Below, in pieces: positions 53,555 through 63,919 of a stretch of DNA of 64,000 nucleotides (the stretch's first letter is position 1; each line of letters starts with the position of its first letter). The position numbers and the translations under genes are program-made. The notes under the pieces were generated by a model that saw only the letters and a program-made list of their open reading frames with translations, had not been told where the DNA came from and did no database searches. Where the stretch lies: positions 352,001-416,000 of the forward strand of contig CAVXWP010000009.1 of assembly GCA_963765495.1 (NCBI GenBank), given 5' to 3'. The DNA comes from Blastocatellia bacterium. GTDB lineage: Bacteria > Acidobacteriota > Blastocatellia > UBA7656.

Positions 53555-55006
53555 GATTGGTGGTCGTTGATAGCCGCCCATGGCTTCTTCAAGCAGGGCG
53601 GCGGTCACAAGCACGTCCTCTTCTTCAAAGGGGCGGCCTACGAGTTGCACGCCTATGGGCAAGCCTTCCGGCGAGCGCCCGCACGGAATGACTACGGCAG
53701 GCAATCCGAGCAGGTTGTAGCTTTGCGCGTAACTGAATGCCTTGAGGTATTCGACCTGTTGGCCTTCTATCTCGAAGCCCCCCTGATGCCCCTGCGCGAA
53801 GGCGGGCATCGCCGTTACCGGCGCGAGTATGAGCGGGCATTCCATCATCTCGTTTACAACCGAGATCTTGAGCATGTCTCGTTTGATCCACGCGCTCATG
53901 TATTGATCGAGCGTGAGCGACTCTTTTTCAACCAGATGCTTGAGCGCCTGAATAAGCGGCCCCATCAGTTCTTCTCTGCCCTCGTACATCCGTACGAGTC
54001 CCGGCACGCCCGCCTGTCCGAGCCACGCGTACCACAGGTCGAATGCCTGCTCGATTCCGCGAGGCCGACGCTCTTCCACCTGATAGCCGAGGCTTTCCAG
54101 CACACCGGCTACGCGCTCGATTGTTTCCCTCGTCGCTGCGGTCACGGGCGAGACGCCGTCATCCGTGTACCACATAACGCGCCGCCATCGCTCATCGCGT
54201 GTATCTTTTTCCTTTGCGTGGCTATGAAAAGGCAGGGGGACAGAGGCCGGGTCGGAAGGATCAAATCCGGCCAGCACTTTGAGCATAAGCGCGAGGTCTT
54301 CCACGCGGCGAGCCATGGGGCCGAGCGATGCGCCAAGCGCGAACGGGCCTATCCCCGGCGGGAAATGGCCCGAACCCGGAACCCTCCCAGGAGTAGGCTT
54401 GAGCCCCGCTATGCCGCAAAAATGCGAAGGGATGCGGATCGAGCCGCCGAGGTCCGACCCTACACCGGCAGCCGAGCACCCCGATGCTATGGCCGCCGCC
54501 TCTCCCCCGCTTGACCCGCCCGGAACACGCTCCGTGTCCCACGGGTTTCGCGTAGCGCCAAAGACTACATTTTCAGAGCGGTAATCCATAGCCAGTTCGG
54601 GCACGTTTGTCTTGCCGAGAATGATCGCGCCCGCGCGCTTTAATCGGGCAACTACGGGCGCATCCGTTTCCGGGATAAAAGACTCGCGCAATCGCGTGCC
54701 CGCTACCGTGCGAACCCCCGCCGTGTCGATAGTGTCTTTTATGGAGATCGGAACGCCATGCAGCGGGCGCGGAGTCAGAATGCGTGAGATGTTCTTCTCG
54801 GCCACGTGAGCTTCATCAATCGCCTGCTCAAATGTGGTCGTGACATATGCATTCAGTTTTGGATTCACTTCTTCGATGCGGTGAATGTAGGCTTTGACCG
54901 CTTCGACCGGCGAGACCTCTTTTGCCCGTATCATCTGCGCGAGTTTTGCCGCTGATACAAATACCAGATCGCTCATCTCGAACCTTTCATGCCCGGATTC
55001 TTTCAC
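53552..55006 (-). CDS. Amidase signature family protein
   Basis: LHGVPISIKD, GKTNVPE, PGGSSGGEAA, GSDLGGSIRIP motifs. Confidence 0.92.
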   Translation of the reverse strand: MKESGHERFEMSDLVFVSAAKLAQMIRAKEVSPVEAVKAYIHRIEEVNPKLNAYVTTTFEQAIDEAHVAEKNISRILTPRPLHGVPISIKDTIDTAGVRTVAGTRLRESFIPETDAPVVARLKRAGAIILGKTNVPELAMDYRSENVVFGATRNPWDTERVPGGSSGGEAAAIASGCSAAGVGSDLGGSIRIPSHFCGIAGLKPTPGRVPGSGHFPPGIGPFALGASLGPMARRVEDLALMLKVLAGFDPSDPASVPLPFHSHAKEKDTRDERWRRVMWYTDDGVSPVTAATRETIERVAGVLESLGYQVEERRPRGIEQAFDLWYAWLGQAGVPGLVRMYEGREELMGPLIQALKHLVEKESLTLDQYMSAWIKRDMLKISVVNEMMECPLILAPVTAMPAFAQGHQGGFEIEGQQVEYLKAFSYAQSYNLLGLPAVVIPCGRSPEGLPIGVQLVGRPFEEEDVLVTAALLEEAMGGYQRPPI

Positions 55007-55061
55007 GGGCGTTTGTCCAGACGAAGTGTGAAGACCTCAGGGCGTCATAATGTTGTTTTAT

Positions 55062-55619
55062 TCACTCGGTCGGAAAATCGGGACTGGCTTTGATCTTTTC
55101 GATCTGGCCCACGTGCCTTCTTTCGTGACGGCCCGCGATCAGAAGCCACTGGTACATGTGAAAATCTCCGCCCACCGGATGAGGTCGAACCAGATGCGTG
55201 AGGTCGTATTTCGAAAGTTGCTCGAATTCGGCCAGCATCTCCTGGCGCGATTGGTCGAGCTTTGCAAGCGATTCCTCCACCGTAATCTGAGAGCGCGGAA
55301 CAACCCTGTCGGGCGCTTGCGCCTTCATGCCCCTTATTTTCTGCCCGAAACTGTCCAGGCAATCGAGCACCGACTGGTCGGGCGTAGGGTCAGGTGGCAC
55401 ATTCATCTCTTCGGCCTGCTTCAACATAAATACCCCGAGTTTTGCGCTGGCCTCGCCCGTCAGCGCCAGATGATGCAGTATGTCGCTGATTGACCATTGA
55501 TCTTCCGCCCGTTTGTAATCGAGTTGATTACTGCTCAAACCCGAAACGGCGTTGATCAGCACCTGTCGGTCCTCCGTTATAGAGTCTTGAATCTCCTGAA
55601 GCTTCTTCGATACCGGCAT
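55062..55619 (-). CDS. DinB family protein
   Basis: WSISDILHHL...HERRHVGQI histidine motif. Confidence 0.85.
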   Translation of the reverse strand: MPVSKKLQEIQDSITEDRQVLINAVSGLSSNQLDYKRAEDQWSISDILHHLALTGEASAKLGVFMLKQAEEMNVPPDPTPDQSVLDCLDSFGQKIRGMKAQAPDRVVPRSQITVEESLAKLDQSRQEMLAEFEQLSKYDLTHLVRPHPVGGDFHMYQWLLIAGRHERRHVGQIEKIKASPDFPTE

Positions 55620-55748
55620 AAGTCCTCCAACCTGTAGACCCGAATTATGATTGATCCTTAGCTGCTCTGGATGCTCATAAGAATACTAGCTGCTATCGGA
55701 ACTGGCAACTCGACTGCTTGATGAGAAGTGTCTTGCCTGCCTTGCGCC

Positions 55749-55952
55749 CAGAGCCATTCAGTTTTTGACTTGCAGGCAATAGGCAAATTAAAGGTTGATT
55801 TGAAGCATAGGTGAGTTGAAATAGGCCGCGGATGACGCGGATGCGGCGGATTTTCGCGGATCTGAATATATAAGCGTAGATCCGCCCGACCCGCGTCCGT
55901 CCCGACCTATTCCCCTTCTCCATATCCAAATTTTGAAAACTGATTGATTCCG
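55749..55952. mobile_element. MITE-like copy with nested 9-mer hairpin
   Basis: Starts CAGAGCCATTCAGTTTTTGACTTGC, as at 46442; ends AAAACTGATTGATTCCG; GCGGAT-repeat hairpin between AATAGG and CCTATT. Confidence 0.6.
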
Positions 55953-56028
55953 CGCAAAGCGGGACCAGGACTTGCGCTTTGTCTTTCTGATATTGGTTTG
56001 ATATAACGGGTCGCGGCAGGCAAACCCG

Positions 56029-58347
56029 ATGAAGACTTTCTCGTTTATTAAACCGCTCTATCATAGACCGCTTTTGCTTATCCTTATTTTGGCTTTGGGC
56101 GTCAATGCATCGGCTCAAGCAAAAAAGCCCGCGCTCAGAGATATAAACAGCTATCTCAGAAACGAAACGAGGACCGATGTAGGAGGCGAGGGGCTCTGGC
56201 TGCCCGGACTCGACGGCAAGCTTACCCGGTGGATTACGCCCGCGCCAGGTTTCACGGGGCAGGTTTACTATGTTCACGCGACGGCCTTTGCCGGTCTGTT
56301 TCAATATGAGTTTCAAACCCGGCAGGGCGCAAGCCTTACCGCAGTAGTCGTCAAACACGAATGGACCCCGGCCTATACCAGAACACGCTATAGCTTGAAT
56401 GACGAAGACGGACGCCGGGTGGCTGCGCTTGAAGAGACTAAATTTATAAACGATTCGGAGCAGGCTTTCAGCCGGGTCAGGCTCTCAGGCAATGATAAGC
56501 GCCCGGTCGTGATCCGTGTGCGCATCAAAGACCTGCTCGCGGGAAATCGAGGCGAGGCCCACAAACCTGCCAATACACCTGTAAATACGCCTGCAAATAC
56601 GCTCGTAAATACGCCCGAAAATACGATTGCCGGGCGGCTGATCTTCAACCCCACAACTTACTATTTCACCGATCTCGAAATCAGAAAAGTTTATCTGCTC
56701 GCGGCAGACCGCTTCGCTCCGGCTGATGAGTCGTCGCTCCTCAGAGAGATAAGGCTAAACCCAAAGACGAGCGCTTCGTTCACGGCAAGGCTCGCCTTCG
56801 GCGATGACTTCGGCCAGTGCGCCCGGAGGCTGAGAGACGCATTAAAGACCGACGCGCTCATCGCGCGAGTCAACGACTTCAATCAATGGTTTGCCTCAAA
56901 CGTCCCCGCGTTCACCTGCTCGGATAAAGATTTCGAGAAGATGTATTATTATCGCTGGTACGTGGTGAAAAAGACCGCGATCAACACTCGCAAGTTCATT
57001 CCCACCCATCCATATCCCGCCCCGGTCATGTACGAAGGCGTAGCCGGGCGCTGGTTCACAAAGGTCATAGGGCTTCCCCTCCCCTTGCAGATAGTCGAAG
57101 CCCGCTGGCTGAACGACAAATCCATAGCCACGGGGCAGGCCCGCACGGCGATCACAAAGCCCGATTTCTTCGATTATCTAAACTGGACACCCTGGGCCAT
57201 CTGGCAGCTTCATCTCGTAGCCCCAAACAAGCAATTGATCAAAGATGCGCTTCCGGCAATGGAAAACTTCACGCGAAGCGAAGAGGCAAAGGACGAGGAC
57301 CGGGACGCTTTGCCCACGGTCTGGGGAACCTGGATCACGGGGATGGAATACCAGCCGAGCTTCTTTTATTTTACAAAACCGCGATGGGATCACAGGCTTG
57401 CCGTCGAGTTTGTGACCGACGATCACCTGACAAAAGACCCGGCGATTTATAAGAAATATCTGCCGCTTGAGCGCGTGGACGAGGCTACGTATTACTACCT
57501 CAACAACCTCGCCGTGGCAAAAGGCGCGGCCCTTCTGGGCGACTCGAAACTCGAGCGCGCCTCAAACGAGCGCGCCGCCTCCGTCCGTCGATCCGTGATG
57601 GAGAAGATGTGGGACAGGCAGGCGGAATTTTTTTATGACATTCACCCGACGACTCACGAAAAGGCGCTTGAGGCAAAGACTATTGACGGCTTCTTTCCTT
57701 TCCTTTTCGGAGAGATGGCCGACCGGTCGGAGGCTTCCGTCTTCAAACACCTCTTCAACCCCAAAGAATTCTGGAGCGCGTGGCCCGTCCCTACCGTGGC
57801 GATGGATTCGCCCGCATACGATTCGCACGGCCTGTGGAAGATAGGCCCCGGGGCGAGCGCCGAAAACCCGTACAGGTATGTGACAAGCTGGAACGGGCCA
57901 AGCTGGCTATTCAGCAATTCGCTCGTTGCAGAAGGATTGGGAAACGCGGCGCGAATGTCTGAGGATGCCGCATTGGTTTCCGAGTTCAATCAATTGATGA
58001 AGAAGTATACCGAGATCATGTTTCTCGGAGGCAATAAAGACCTGCCCTGTACGGTCGAGCATTACGATTCGATGACGGGCAAAAACATCAGATTGCTGGC
58101 CGATTATTTTCACTCGTTTTATAACGATCTGCTCATTCGTTTTATGATAGGGATAGTCCCGCGCGAAGACGATTTGATAGAGATTGACCCGCTTGCGCGT
58201 GAGTGGAAAAACTTTGCGATCCGCGATGTCAGCTATCGCAACCATAAGATCACAGTCGAGTACGGCAGAAGGTTTACGGTGATAATCGACGGCAAAAGGG
58301 TGCTTGATTCGCCTGTATTGAAGCGGTTTGTTTATGATCCGAATTAA
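56029..58347 (+). CDS. Secreted glycoside hydrolase, MGH1/GH63-like (alpha/alpha)6 fold
   Basis: Signal peptide; YYYRW, TGME, MWD..FFYD, WNGPSW and EHYD motifs. Confidence 0.7.
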   Translation: MKTFSFIKPLYHRPLLLILILALGVNASAQAKKPALRDINSYLRNETRTDVGGEGLWLPGLDGKLTRWITPAPGFTGQVYYVHATAFAGLFQYEFQTRQGASLTAVVVKHEWTPAYTRTRYSLNDEDGRRVAALEETKFINDSEQAFSRVRLSGNDKRPVVIRVRIKDLLAGNRGEAHKPANTPVNTPANTLVNTPENTIAGRLIFNPTTYYFTDLEIRKVYLLAADRFAPADESSLLREIRLNPKTSASFTARLAFGDDFGQCARRLRDALKTDALIARVNDFNQWFASNVPAFTCSDKDFEKMYYYRWYVVKKTAINTRKFIPTHPYPAPVMYEGVAGRWFTKVIGLPLPLQIVEARWLNDKSIATGQARTAITKPDFFDYLNWTPWAIWQLHLVAPNKQLIKDALPAMENFTRSEEAKDEDRDALPTVWGTWITGMEYQPSFFYFTKPRWDHRLAVEFVTDDHLTKDPAIYKKYLPLERVDEATYYYLNNLAVAKGAALLGDSKLERASNERAASVRRSVMEKMWDRQAEFFYDIHPTTHEKALEAKTIDGFFPFLFGEMADRSEASVFKHLFNPKEFWSAWPVPTVAMDSPAYDSHGLWKIGPGASAENPYRYVTSWNGPSWLFSNSLVAEGLGNAARMSEDAALVSEFNQLMKKYTEIMFLGGNKDLPCTVEHYDSMTGKNIRLLADYFHSFYNDLLIRFMIGIVPREDDLIEIDPLAREWKNFAIRDVSYRNHKITVEYGRRFTVIIDGKRVLDSPVLKRFVYDPN

Positions 58348-58442
58348 ATCCAAATCTAATCCCGTGAGTCCTGTCAAAATTTGCCTTCTGCGTTTCAGTA
58401 TCATAAGGTAAATAGGAAAACTCAATTTTAAAGGGGGAACAA

Positions 58443-59717
58443 TTGATAGAATGGATTCGTGAATGGATGATGCAGCAGGGTGTAAGCGGTGCAACCGCTG
58501 GCCCGCTGGTCAGGGGCATTTTGATCTTTCTCGTTGTCGTATTCAGCATCCTCTCGAAAATAATTGCCAGACGGCTTCTGCTCGGGGGGATGACTTACCT
58601 GAGCGCGCGCACGCATTCGCGCTGGGACGACATCATACTTGAGAGAAAAGTTCTTTCAAAGCTCTCGCATTTCGCCCCGGCGATGGTCATCTACATTATG
58701 GCCCCGCTCGTCTTCGAAGGCTCTGAACGCTGGATAGGATATACGGAGCGTGCTGTCTTCATCTATATGATAGTCGCGGCGGTTATGGTCGCGGATTCAC
58801 TTTTGAACGCGGTCCTCGATATCTATCAGACCTATGAAGTCTCTAAAGAGAAGCCCATAAAAGGGATCATGCAGGTCTTAAAGATAGTGCTCTTCTTTAT
58901 AGGCGCGATATTTATATTTTCGGTGATACTAAACAGAACGCCTGTCTATTTTCTGAGCGGTCTTGGCGCGCTGACCGCCGTCTTGATGCTGATTTTTAAA
59001 GACACCATACTCGGGTTCGTAGCCGGGATACAACTGACAACCAATCGAATGATAGCGCAGGGCGACTGGATCGAAATGCCAAAGTACGGCGCTGACGGCG
59101 ACGTGATGGAGGTCGCGCTTACTACGGTCAAGGTGCGAAATTTCGATAAGACCATAACGACTATTCCCACCTATGCGCTGATAAGCGAATCGTTCAAGAA
59201 CTGGCGAGGGATGAAAGAATCCGACGGGCGGCGAATAAAGAGAGCCCTCTATATCGACATAAGCACGATCAAATTTTGCAATGAAGAGATGATCGAGCGG
59301 TTCTCACGAATCCGCTACATTGCGGAATATATTGAGCAAAAGAAGCAGGAACTGGCCGAATACAACGCGACAAATCAGACCGGAAATTCTCCTCTGGTAA
59401 ACCGCCGACGTCTGACCAATATCGGTACGCTCAGGGCTTACATCACCGCTTATTTGAGGAACAATCCGATGATCAATTCGGAGATGACCCTGATGGTGCG
59501 ACAGCTTCCGCCGACCGAGCACGGATTGCCGCTCGAGATATATGTATTTTGCAAAGACAAGGTCTGGGTCAATTACGAAGCAGCTCAGGCAGACCTGTTC
59601 GATCACATTCTGGCCATAATACCCGAGTTCGATCTGAAGGTATTTCAATATCCGGCGGGGGATGATTTCCGAGAGCTTGCGCACCTGAGCAGCAAGGTTG
59701 CATCCCGGCAGACGTAA
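58443..59717 (+). CDS. MscS-family mechanosensitive channel (YbdG-like)
   Basis: FKDTILGFVAGIQ, GDWIEMPKYGADGDV, NWRGM..GRRIKR, LTNIGT motifs. Confidence 0.92.
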   Translation: MIEWIREWMMQQGVSGATAGPLVRGILIFLVVVFSILSKIIARRLLLGGMTYLSARTHSRWDDIILERKVLSKLSHFAPAMVIYIMAPLVFEGSERWIGYTERAVFIYMIVAAVMVADSLLNAVLDIYQTYEVSKEKPIKGIMQVLKIVLFFIGAIFIFSVILNRTPVYFLSGLGALTAVLMLIFKDTILGFVAGIQLTTNRMIAQGDWIEMPKYGADGDVMEVALTTVKVRNFDKTITTIPTYALISESFKNWRGMKESDGRRIKRALYIDISTIKFCNEEMIERFSRIRYIAEYIEQKKQELAEYNATNQTGNSPLVNRRRLTNIGTLRAYITAYLRNNPMINSEMTLMVRQLPPTEHGLPLEIYVFCKDKVWVNYEAAQADLFDHILAIIPEFDLKVFQYPAGDDFRELAHLSSKVASRQT

Positions 59718-59791
59718 TAATTTGAGCAGATGCTTGATTGCGGGCCGCGCCGCCGTTACCATTGCCAGCACCTTTGAAACCGACTACTGAA

Positions 59792-60994
59792 ATGACAACC
59801 GCGCATGGCAGACGTGAAGCAAATCGCGCGCTCGCGCTGGTTTCGCTTGCCGTGTTGCTGGCTTCGTCCACGTGGTTTTCAGGCACGGCAGCCGCGCCCG
59901 TCCTCAAAAGAATCTGGCTCTTGAGCGATTCGGGAAGCGCGTGGCTCACCATATCGGTTCAGCTTGGCTTTATCACAGGGACTTTCCTTTACTCATTCCT
60001 GAACCTGTCGGATCGCTTCAACGCGCGGTGGGTCTTTTTCGCATCGGCAGCGGCGAGCGCGCTCTTCAACGCAGGTTTTGCGTGGGCAGGCTACGGGCTC
60101 GTATCTGCCGTCGTGTTTCGATTTTTGACGGGGCTGGCGCTTGCGGGCGTCTATCCGGTTGGGATGAAGATCATCGCCATGTGGTTCCAGTCGGGGCTTG
60201 GATGGCGATTGGGTGTGATGGTTGGCGCGCTCACGCTCGGGACGGCTTCGCCTTATCTGATACTCGCGCTCGGAGCCCAGTTCAACTGGCGGATTCTCAT
60301 CACGCTCGCTTCGCTTGCGGCTGCGGCGGGCGGCGCGCTGATGGTTGCGGGTGTTGAGGATGGGCCTTATCTGAAACAGCGCGCGCCTTTTGACGGGCGG
60401 ATGCTCGTAAAGGTCTTCCGGCACAGACCGTTTCGTTATTCGGCATTCGGATATTTCGGCCATATGTGGGAGCTTTATGCTTTCTGGTCGCTTGCGGCCT
60501 TTTATTTGAGCGCGCGTTTTCCGGGCGGCGCGCAAGATAGGGCCAGTCAGCTTGCGCTGCTCTCTTTTATTACGATAGGAATCGGGGCAATCGGATGTGT
60601 TGCGGGCGGCTGGATTTCACGGCGCGCAGGAGAGCGCCCGGTTGCGTTTGTCTCGCTTGTGGTCAGCGCGAGTATGTGCGCGCTTTCGGGATTTGCATTT
60701 GAGTTACCCGCAAAGCTTTTGATCGTCTACATTCTGATCTGGGGGATATTTGTGATTTCGGATTCGCCACAGTTTTCGGCGCTCGCGGCCCGGTACTGTC
60801 CGCCCGATTACACCGGCACGGCGCTCACGGTGCAAAACGGGGTAGGCTTTGCAATCACGGTGATTTCGATTCAACTTCTGCCCCTGATCGCGGGGCAGGT
60901 TGGATGGCGATGGGCCTTCGCGTTCCTCACAATCGGCCCGGTTCTAGGCGCATATTTTATGCTGCGCCTTCGGGACTTGACGAGTGATGCGTGA
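59792..60994 (+). CDS. MFS transporter
   Basis: About 12 hydrophobic segments; GYFGHMWELYA, DSPQFSAL; start uncertain. Confidence 0.88.
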   Translation: MTTAHGRREANRALALVSLAVLLASSTWFSGTAAAPVLKRIWLLSDSGSAWLTISVQLGFITGTFLYSFLNLSDRFNARWVFFASAAASALFNAGFAWAGYGLVSAVVFRFLTGLALAGVYPVGMKIIAMWFQSGLGWRLGVMVGALTLGTASPYLILALGAQFNWRILITLASLAAAAGGALMVAGVEDGPYLKQRAPFDGRMLVKVFRHRPFRYSAFGYFGHMWELYAFWSLAAFYLSARFPGGAQDRASQLALLSFITIGIGAIGCVAGGWISRRAGERPVAFVSLVVSASMCALSGFAFELPAKLLIVYILIWGIFVISDSPQFSALAARYCPPDYTGTALTVQNGVGFAITVISIQLLPLIAGQVGWRWAFAFLTIGPVLGAYFMLRLRDLTSDA

Positions 60995-61094
60995 TGCGTG
61001 ATGCGTGACTTTCAGGCATCGCGGTTGTAAAAAATAACTTGCAAGCCTGCTTGCGTCACGGATCACGGATCACGCATCACGTGAGCGCATCACG
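60984..61094. repeat. Inverted-heptamer hairpin, GTGATGC family, between convergent genes
   Basis: (GTGATGC)3...(GGATCAC/GCATCAC)n; supplies the MFS stop codon. Confidence 0.88.
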
Positions 61095-61097
61095 TCC

Positions 61098-62396
61098 TTA
61101 ACTATACCGGAGCCAGCGACCGAGTTCGGCGATGTTTGGGCGCTTGCCGTACATCAAAATGCCTACGCGGTAAATCCTTGCCGCAAGCCACACGACGCCG
61201 AGTATCGTTACGACCATCAACAGCATCGAAAGCAAAATCTGCCATAGCGGCGGGTTTATTATCGCTATTCGGAGCATCATCAGGGTAGGCGTAAAGAACG
61301 GAATCATCGAGAGCGTCACCGCCATCGGGCTGTTCGGATTGCTCAGCACGACACCAAACAATATCATCGGCACGACAAGCAACATCGTTATCGGGAACTG
61401 CGCCTGTTGAGCGTCTTCATCGCTCGATACGGTAGAACCTACCATCGCATAGAGCGTGGCAAACAGAAAGTAGCCAAGCACAAAGTAGATGATAAAGTAG
61501 ATGAGTAGACTGATGGGCAGTTTCGGGAAACTGAACCCGCTTGACCCGAACAAAGAAGCGCCACCCAAAGTCAGCAGCAGCGCCGCCCCCACCCAGACAA
61601 GATATTGCGTCAGCCCCACAAGCCCTATCCCTATGAGCTTGCCAAGCATCATCTGTGTAGGCTTTACCGAAGAGATTATGACCTCGACTATACGCGTCTG
61701 TTTCTCTTCCATAACTCCGCGCATCACAGCCATTCCATACATCAGGACGGTTATGTAGATGAAAAACAGCATCACGAACCCGACCAGAAATAGCGCTTCG
61801 CCTCCCTCTTGAGTGGTCCCGTCCGGCCCCACCTTGTTTCTTTGCATCTCGACCGACTCCATGTAGCCGGTTATCTGGTCGGAGTTGACCCCTGCGCGCA
61901 CGAGACGGCGCTCGACGACGGCAGAGCTTATGGCTCGCTCTACGTTCTGCACCGAGAAATCGCCCGTGCTCTTTGCAAAGTACTGGGCAGGCTCATTGCG
62001 TTCGAGTATGCCCGGCGGAAGGATTACGTAGGATTGATCGGTATCCTTCTGGACCAGATCGTTGTACTCCTTCTGGGTAGCCTGTAAATCCTCGCCCGGC
62101 GGAACACTCTTGTACGAGAGCGTATAGTTTGTGCTTCTCGACATTCCGTCGTTCTTCTCTTCGGCGTCGGTTTCGGATGGAGCGAGGCGTTTTTGAATCG
62201 CCCTATAAAGGTCAGGATCGCCGCTCTGATCGAGTATGGTGACATGACGGGTTCCACCTCCGCGCGAAGCCAGAAAACCCGGCACAAGAACCAGCGCAAG
62301 CATCAACAACGGAGTGATGATCGTGCCGATCAGAAATGCCTTTGTGCGGACGCGAGTCAGGTACTCACGCTTGATGATGACTAAGACTTTTTTCAT
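61098..62396 (-). CDS. ABC-2 type permease (NatB/YhaP-like)
   Basis: REYLTRVRTKAF, EEKQTRIVEV, GKLIG, IYRVGILMYG motifs. Confidence 0.9.
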   Translation of the reverse strand: MKKVLVIIKREYLTRVRTKAFLIGTIITPLLMLALVLVPGFLASRGGGTRHVTILDQSGDPDLYRAIQKRLAPSETDAEEKNDGMSRSTNYTLSYKSVPPGEDLQATQKEYNDLVQKDTDQSYVILPPGILERNEPAQYFAKSTGDFSVQNVERAISSAVVERRLVRAGVNSDQITGYMESVEMQRNKVGPDGTTQEGGEALFLVGFVMLFFIYITVLMYGMAVMRGVMEEKQTRIVEVIISSVKPTQMMLGKLIGIGLVGLTQYLVWVGAALLLTLGGASLFGSSGFSFPKLPISLLIYFIIYFVLGYFLFATLYAMVGSTVSSDEDAQQAQFPITMLLVVPMILFGVVLSNPNSPMAVTLSMIPFFTPTLMMLRIAIINPPLWQILLSMLLMVVTILGVVWLAARIYRVGILMYGKRPNIAELGRWLRYS

Positions 62397-63291
62397 TTTT
62401 TCCAGTCACGCTTTCTATGAATATTTCATTTAGCGACGGCTCTACGAGTTCGAAACGGTTGACCCGCGCACCCCCCTTTAGTGCTCGTCTGAGCACCTCC
62501 TGAGAATCGGCTCCTTCCTTGAGCAGTATCTCGCAATAGTTGGCAAACTTATTGACCCGCTTGATCAGATCGTCTCCCAGGAAAGAATCGGGGCCTTCGA
62601 AATCGAGGATAATCGTGTTGCGGCCAAAGCGGCGCTTGACTTCGCGCAAGCCTCCGCTCAAGACCTTTGTCGCATGGTTTATCAGGCAGATGTCGTCGCA
62701 CATCTGCTCTACCTGTTCCATCTGATGGGTCGAAAATATTATGGTCTTTCCCTTCTGTTTGAGGTCGAGTATGACTCCCTTGAGAAGGTTGACGCTCACG
62801 GGGTCGAGGCCCGAAAACGGCTCGTCGAGTATCATCAACTCCGGGTCGTGCAGGATGGCTGCTATAAACTGAACCTTCTGCTGCATGCCCTTGGACAGGT
62901 CGGTTGCCTTTTTCTCTTTCCAATCCGATAGCTCGAGCCTCGTAAGCCATTCATCGATACGGCGGTCGGCTTCGGCTGAATCGAGTCCCTTGAGGTTGCC
63001 GAAGAATTTCAATTGATCTCCGACCTTCATCTTGCGGTAAAGCCCGCGCTCCTCGGGAAGATACCCGATATGAGATTGGAGTTCGGGCGTGACGCGCTGG
63101 CCGAGCACTTTGATCTCTCCGGTGTCGGGCGCAAATATGTTTACGATCATGCGAATCGAGGTAGTCTTTCCCGCCCCGTTCGGACCGAGTAAGCCAAAGA
63201 TAGTCCCTTTCCTGACTTCAAAGGATAAATCTTTGACCGCCACAAAATCATCGAATCGCTTCGACACATTGTTGAGTTCTATGAGATTCAT
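62365..63291 (-). CDS. ABC-2 type ATP-binding protein (YhaQ-like)
   Basis: GPNGAGKTT, LSKGMQQK, ILDEPFSGLDP motifs. Confidence 0.93.
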   Translation of the reverse strand: MNLIELNNVSKRFDDFVAVKDLSFEVRKGTIFGLLGPNGAGKTTSIRMIVNIFAPDTGEIKVLGQRVTPELQSHIGYLPEERGLYRKMKVGDQLKFFGNLKGLDSAEADRRIDEWLTRLELSDWKEKKATDLSKGMQQKVQFIAAILHDPELMILDEPFSGLDPVSVNLLKGVILDLKQKGKTIIFSTHQMEQVEQMCDDICLINHATKVLSGGLREVKRRFGRNTIILDFEGPDSFLGDDLIKRVNKFANYCEILLKEGADSQEVLRRALKGGARVNRFELVEPSLNEIFIESVTGKNEKSLSHHQA

Positions 63292-63442
63292 CTACTCTCT
63301 CCCGCGCCGCGATTGAATCGCAGGATTGCGGCGCGTATTTAATTTGAGGTTTTACAAAACAGACGGCGCTCAGGACGCGAGGCCAAAAGATCGCCTGACA
63401 GACCCCGGGTTGATATAGAACCAGCCTTATGAAAATGGACGA

Positions 63443-63919
63443 CTATTCACGCACGCTCCGATCCCTATATTTAGAAGGCTCCATATTGCGCGTCGTATGT
63501 TCGGTTACACTTGAAACGGCTCTCGGCGGCTCGGCAAGCTCGGGGAAAGACCGCTCACCCTGCGCGTGATCGAGTCTGCCTGTTTGCGATTGTAGCTGCG
63601 GGGCAGAGGTCGCGCTTATTATTCGCGACAACTGCCGGGATAAAATAAAGGCTATTGCGAAGATCAACAGGAGAGCCATCCCGGAAAGCGGGCCGACTAT
63701 TGCTGCGCGGACATTCAAAGCCACAAGAGCTATTACCCCGCCTATCAGCACGGCGAGCGAGACAAAGCCATAGACGGCGATGGCCCAGAACATGCTGGCA
63801 AACGTGCCTATATCGCTTCCCGACAACGGCGCGGATGCTGATTGAGAAAGGTTCGCCCCGCATCGCTTACAATACTTCAATCCATTTGTGAATTCACCGC
63901 CACAATTCGGACAATACAT
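63443..63919 (-). CDS. Zinc-ribbon membrane protein
   Basis: MYCPNCG..YCKRCG, two transmembrane helices, SVTEHTTR tail. Confidence 0.75.
   Translation of the reverse strand: MYCPNCGGEFTNGLKYCKRCGANLSQSASAPLSGSDIGTFASMFWAIAVYGFVSLAVLIGGVIALVALNVRAAIVGPLSGMALLLIFAIAFILSRQLSRIISATSAPQLQSQTGRLDHAQGERSFPELAEPPRAVSSVTEHTTRNMEPSKYRDRSVRE

Noticed and set aside
53552-55006. gatA assignment for the amidase
   Set aside because: It has GGSSGGEAA rather than the GatA-like GGSSGGSAA and is not adjacent to gatB or gatC; a generic amidase is more likely.
55693-56358. 221-aa minus-strand ORF
   Set aside because: It spans the MITE-like element and the antisense of the glycoside hydrolase start, with no protein motif.
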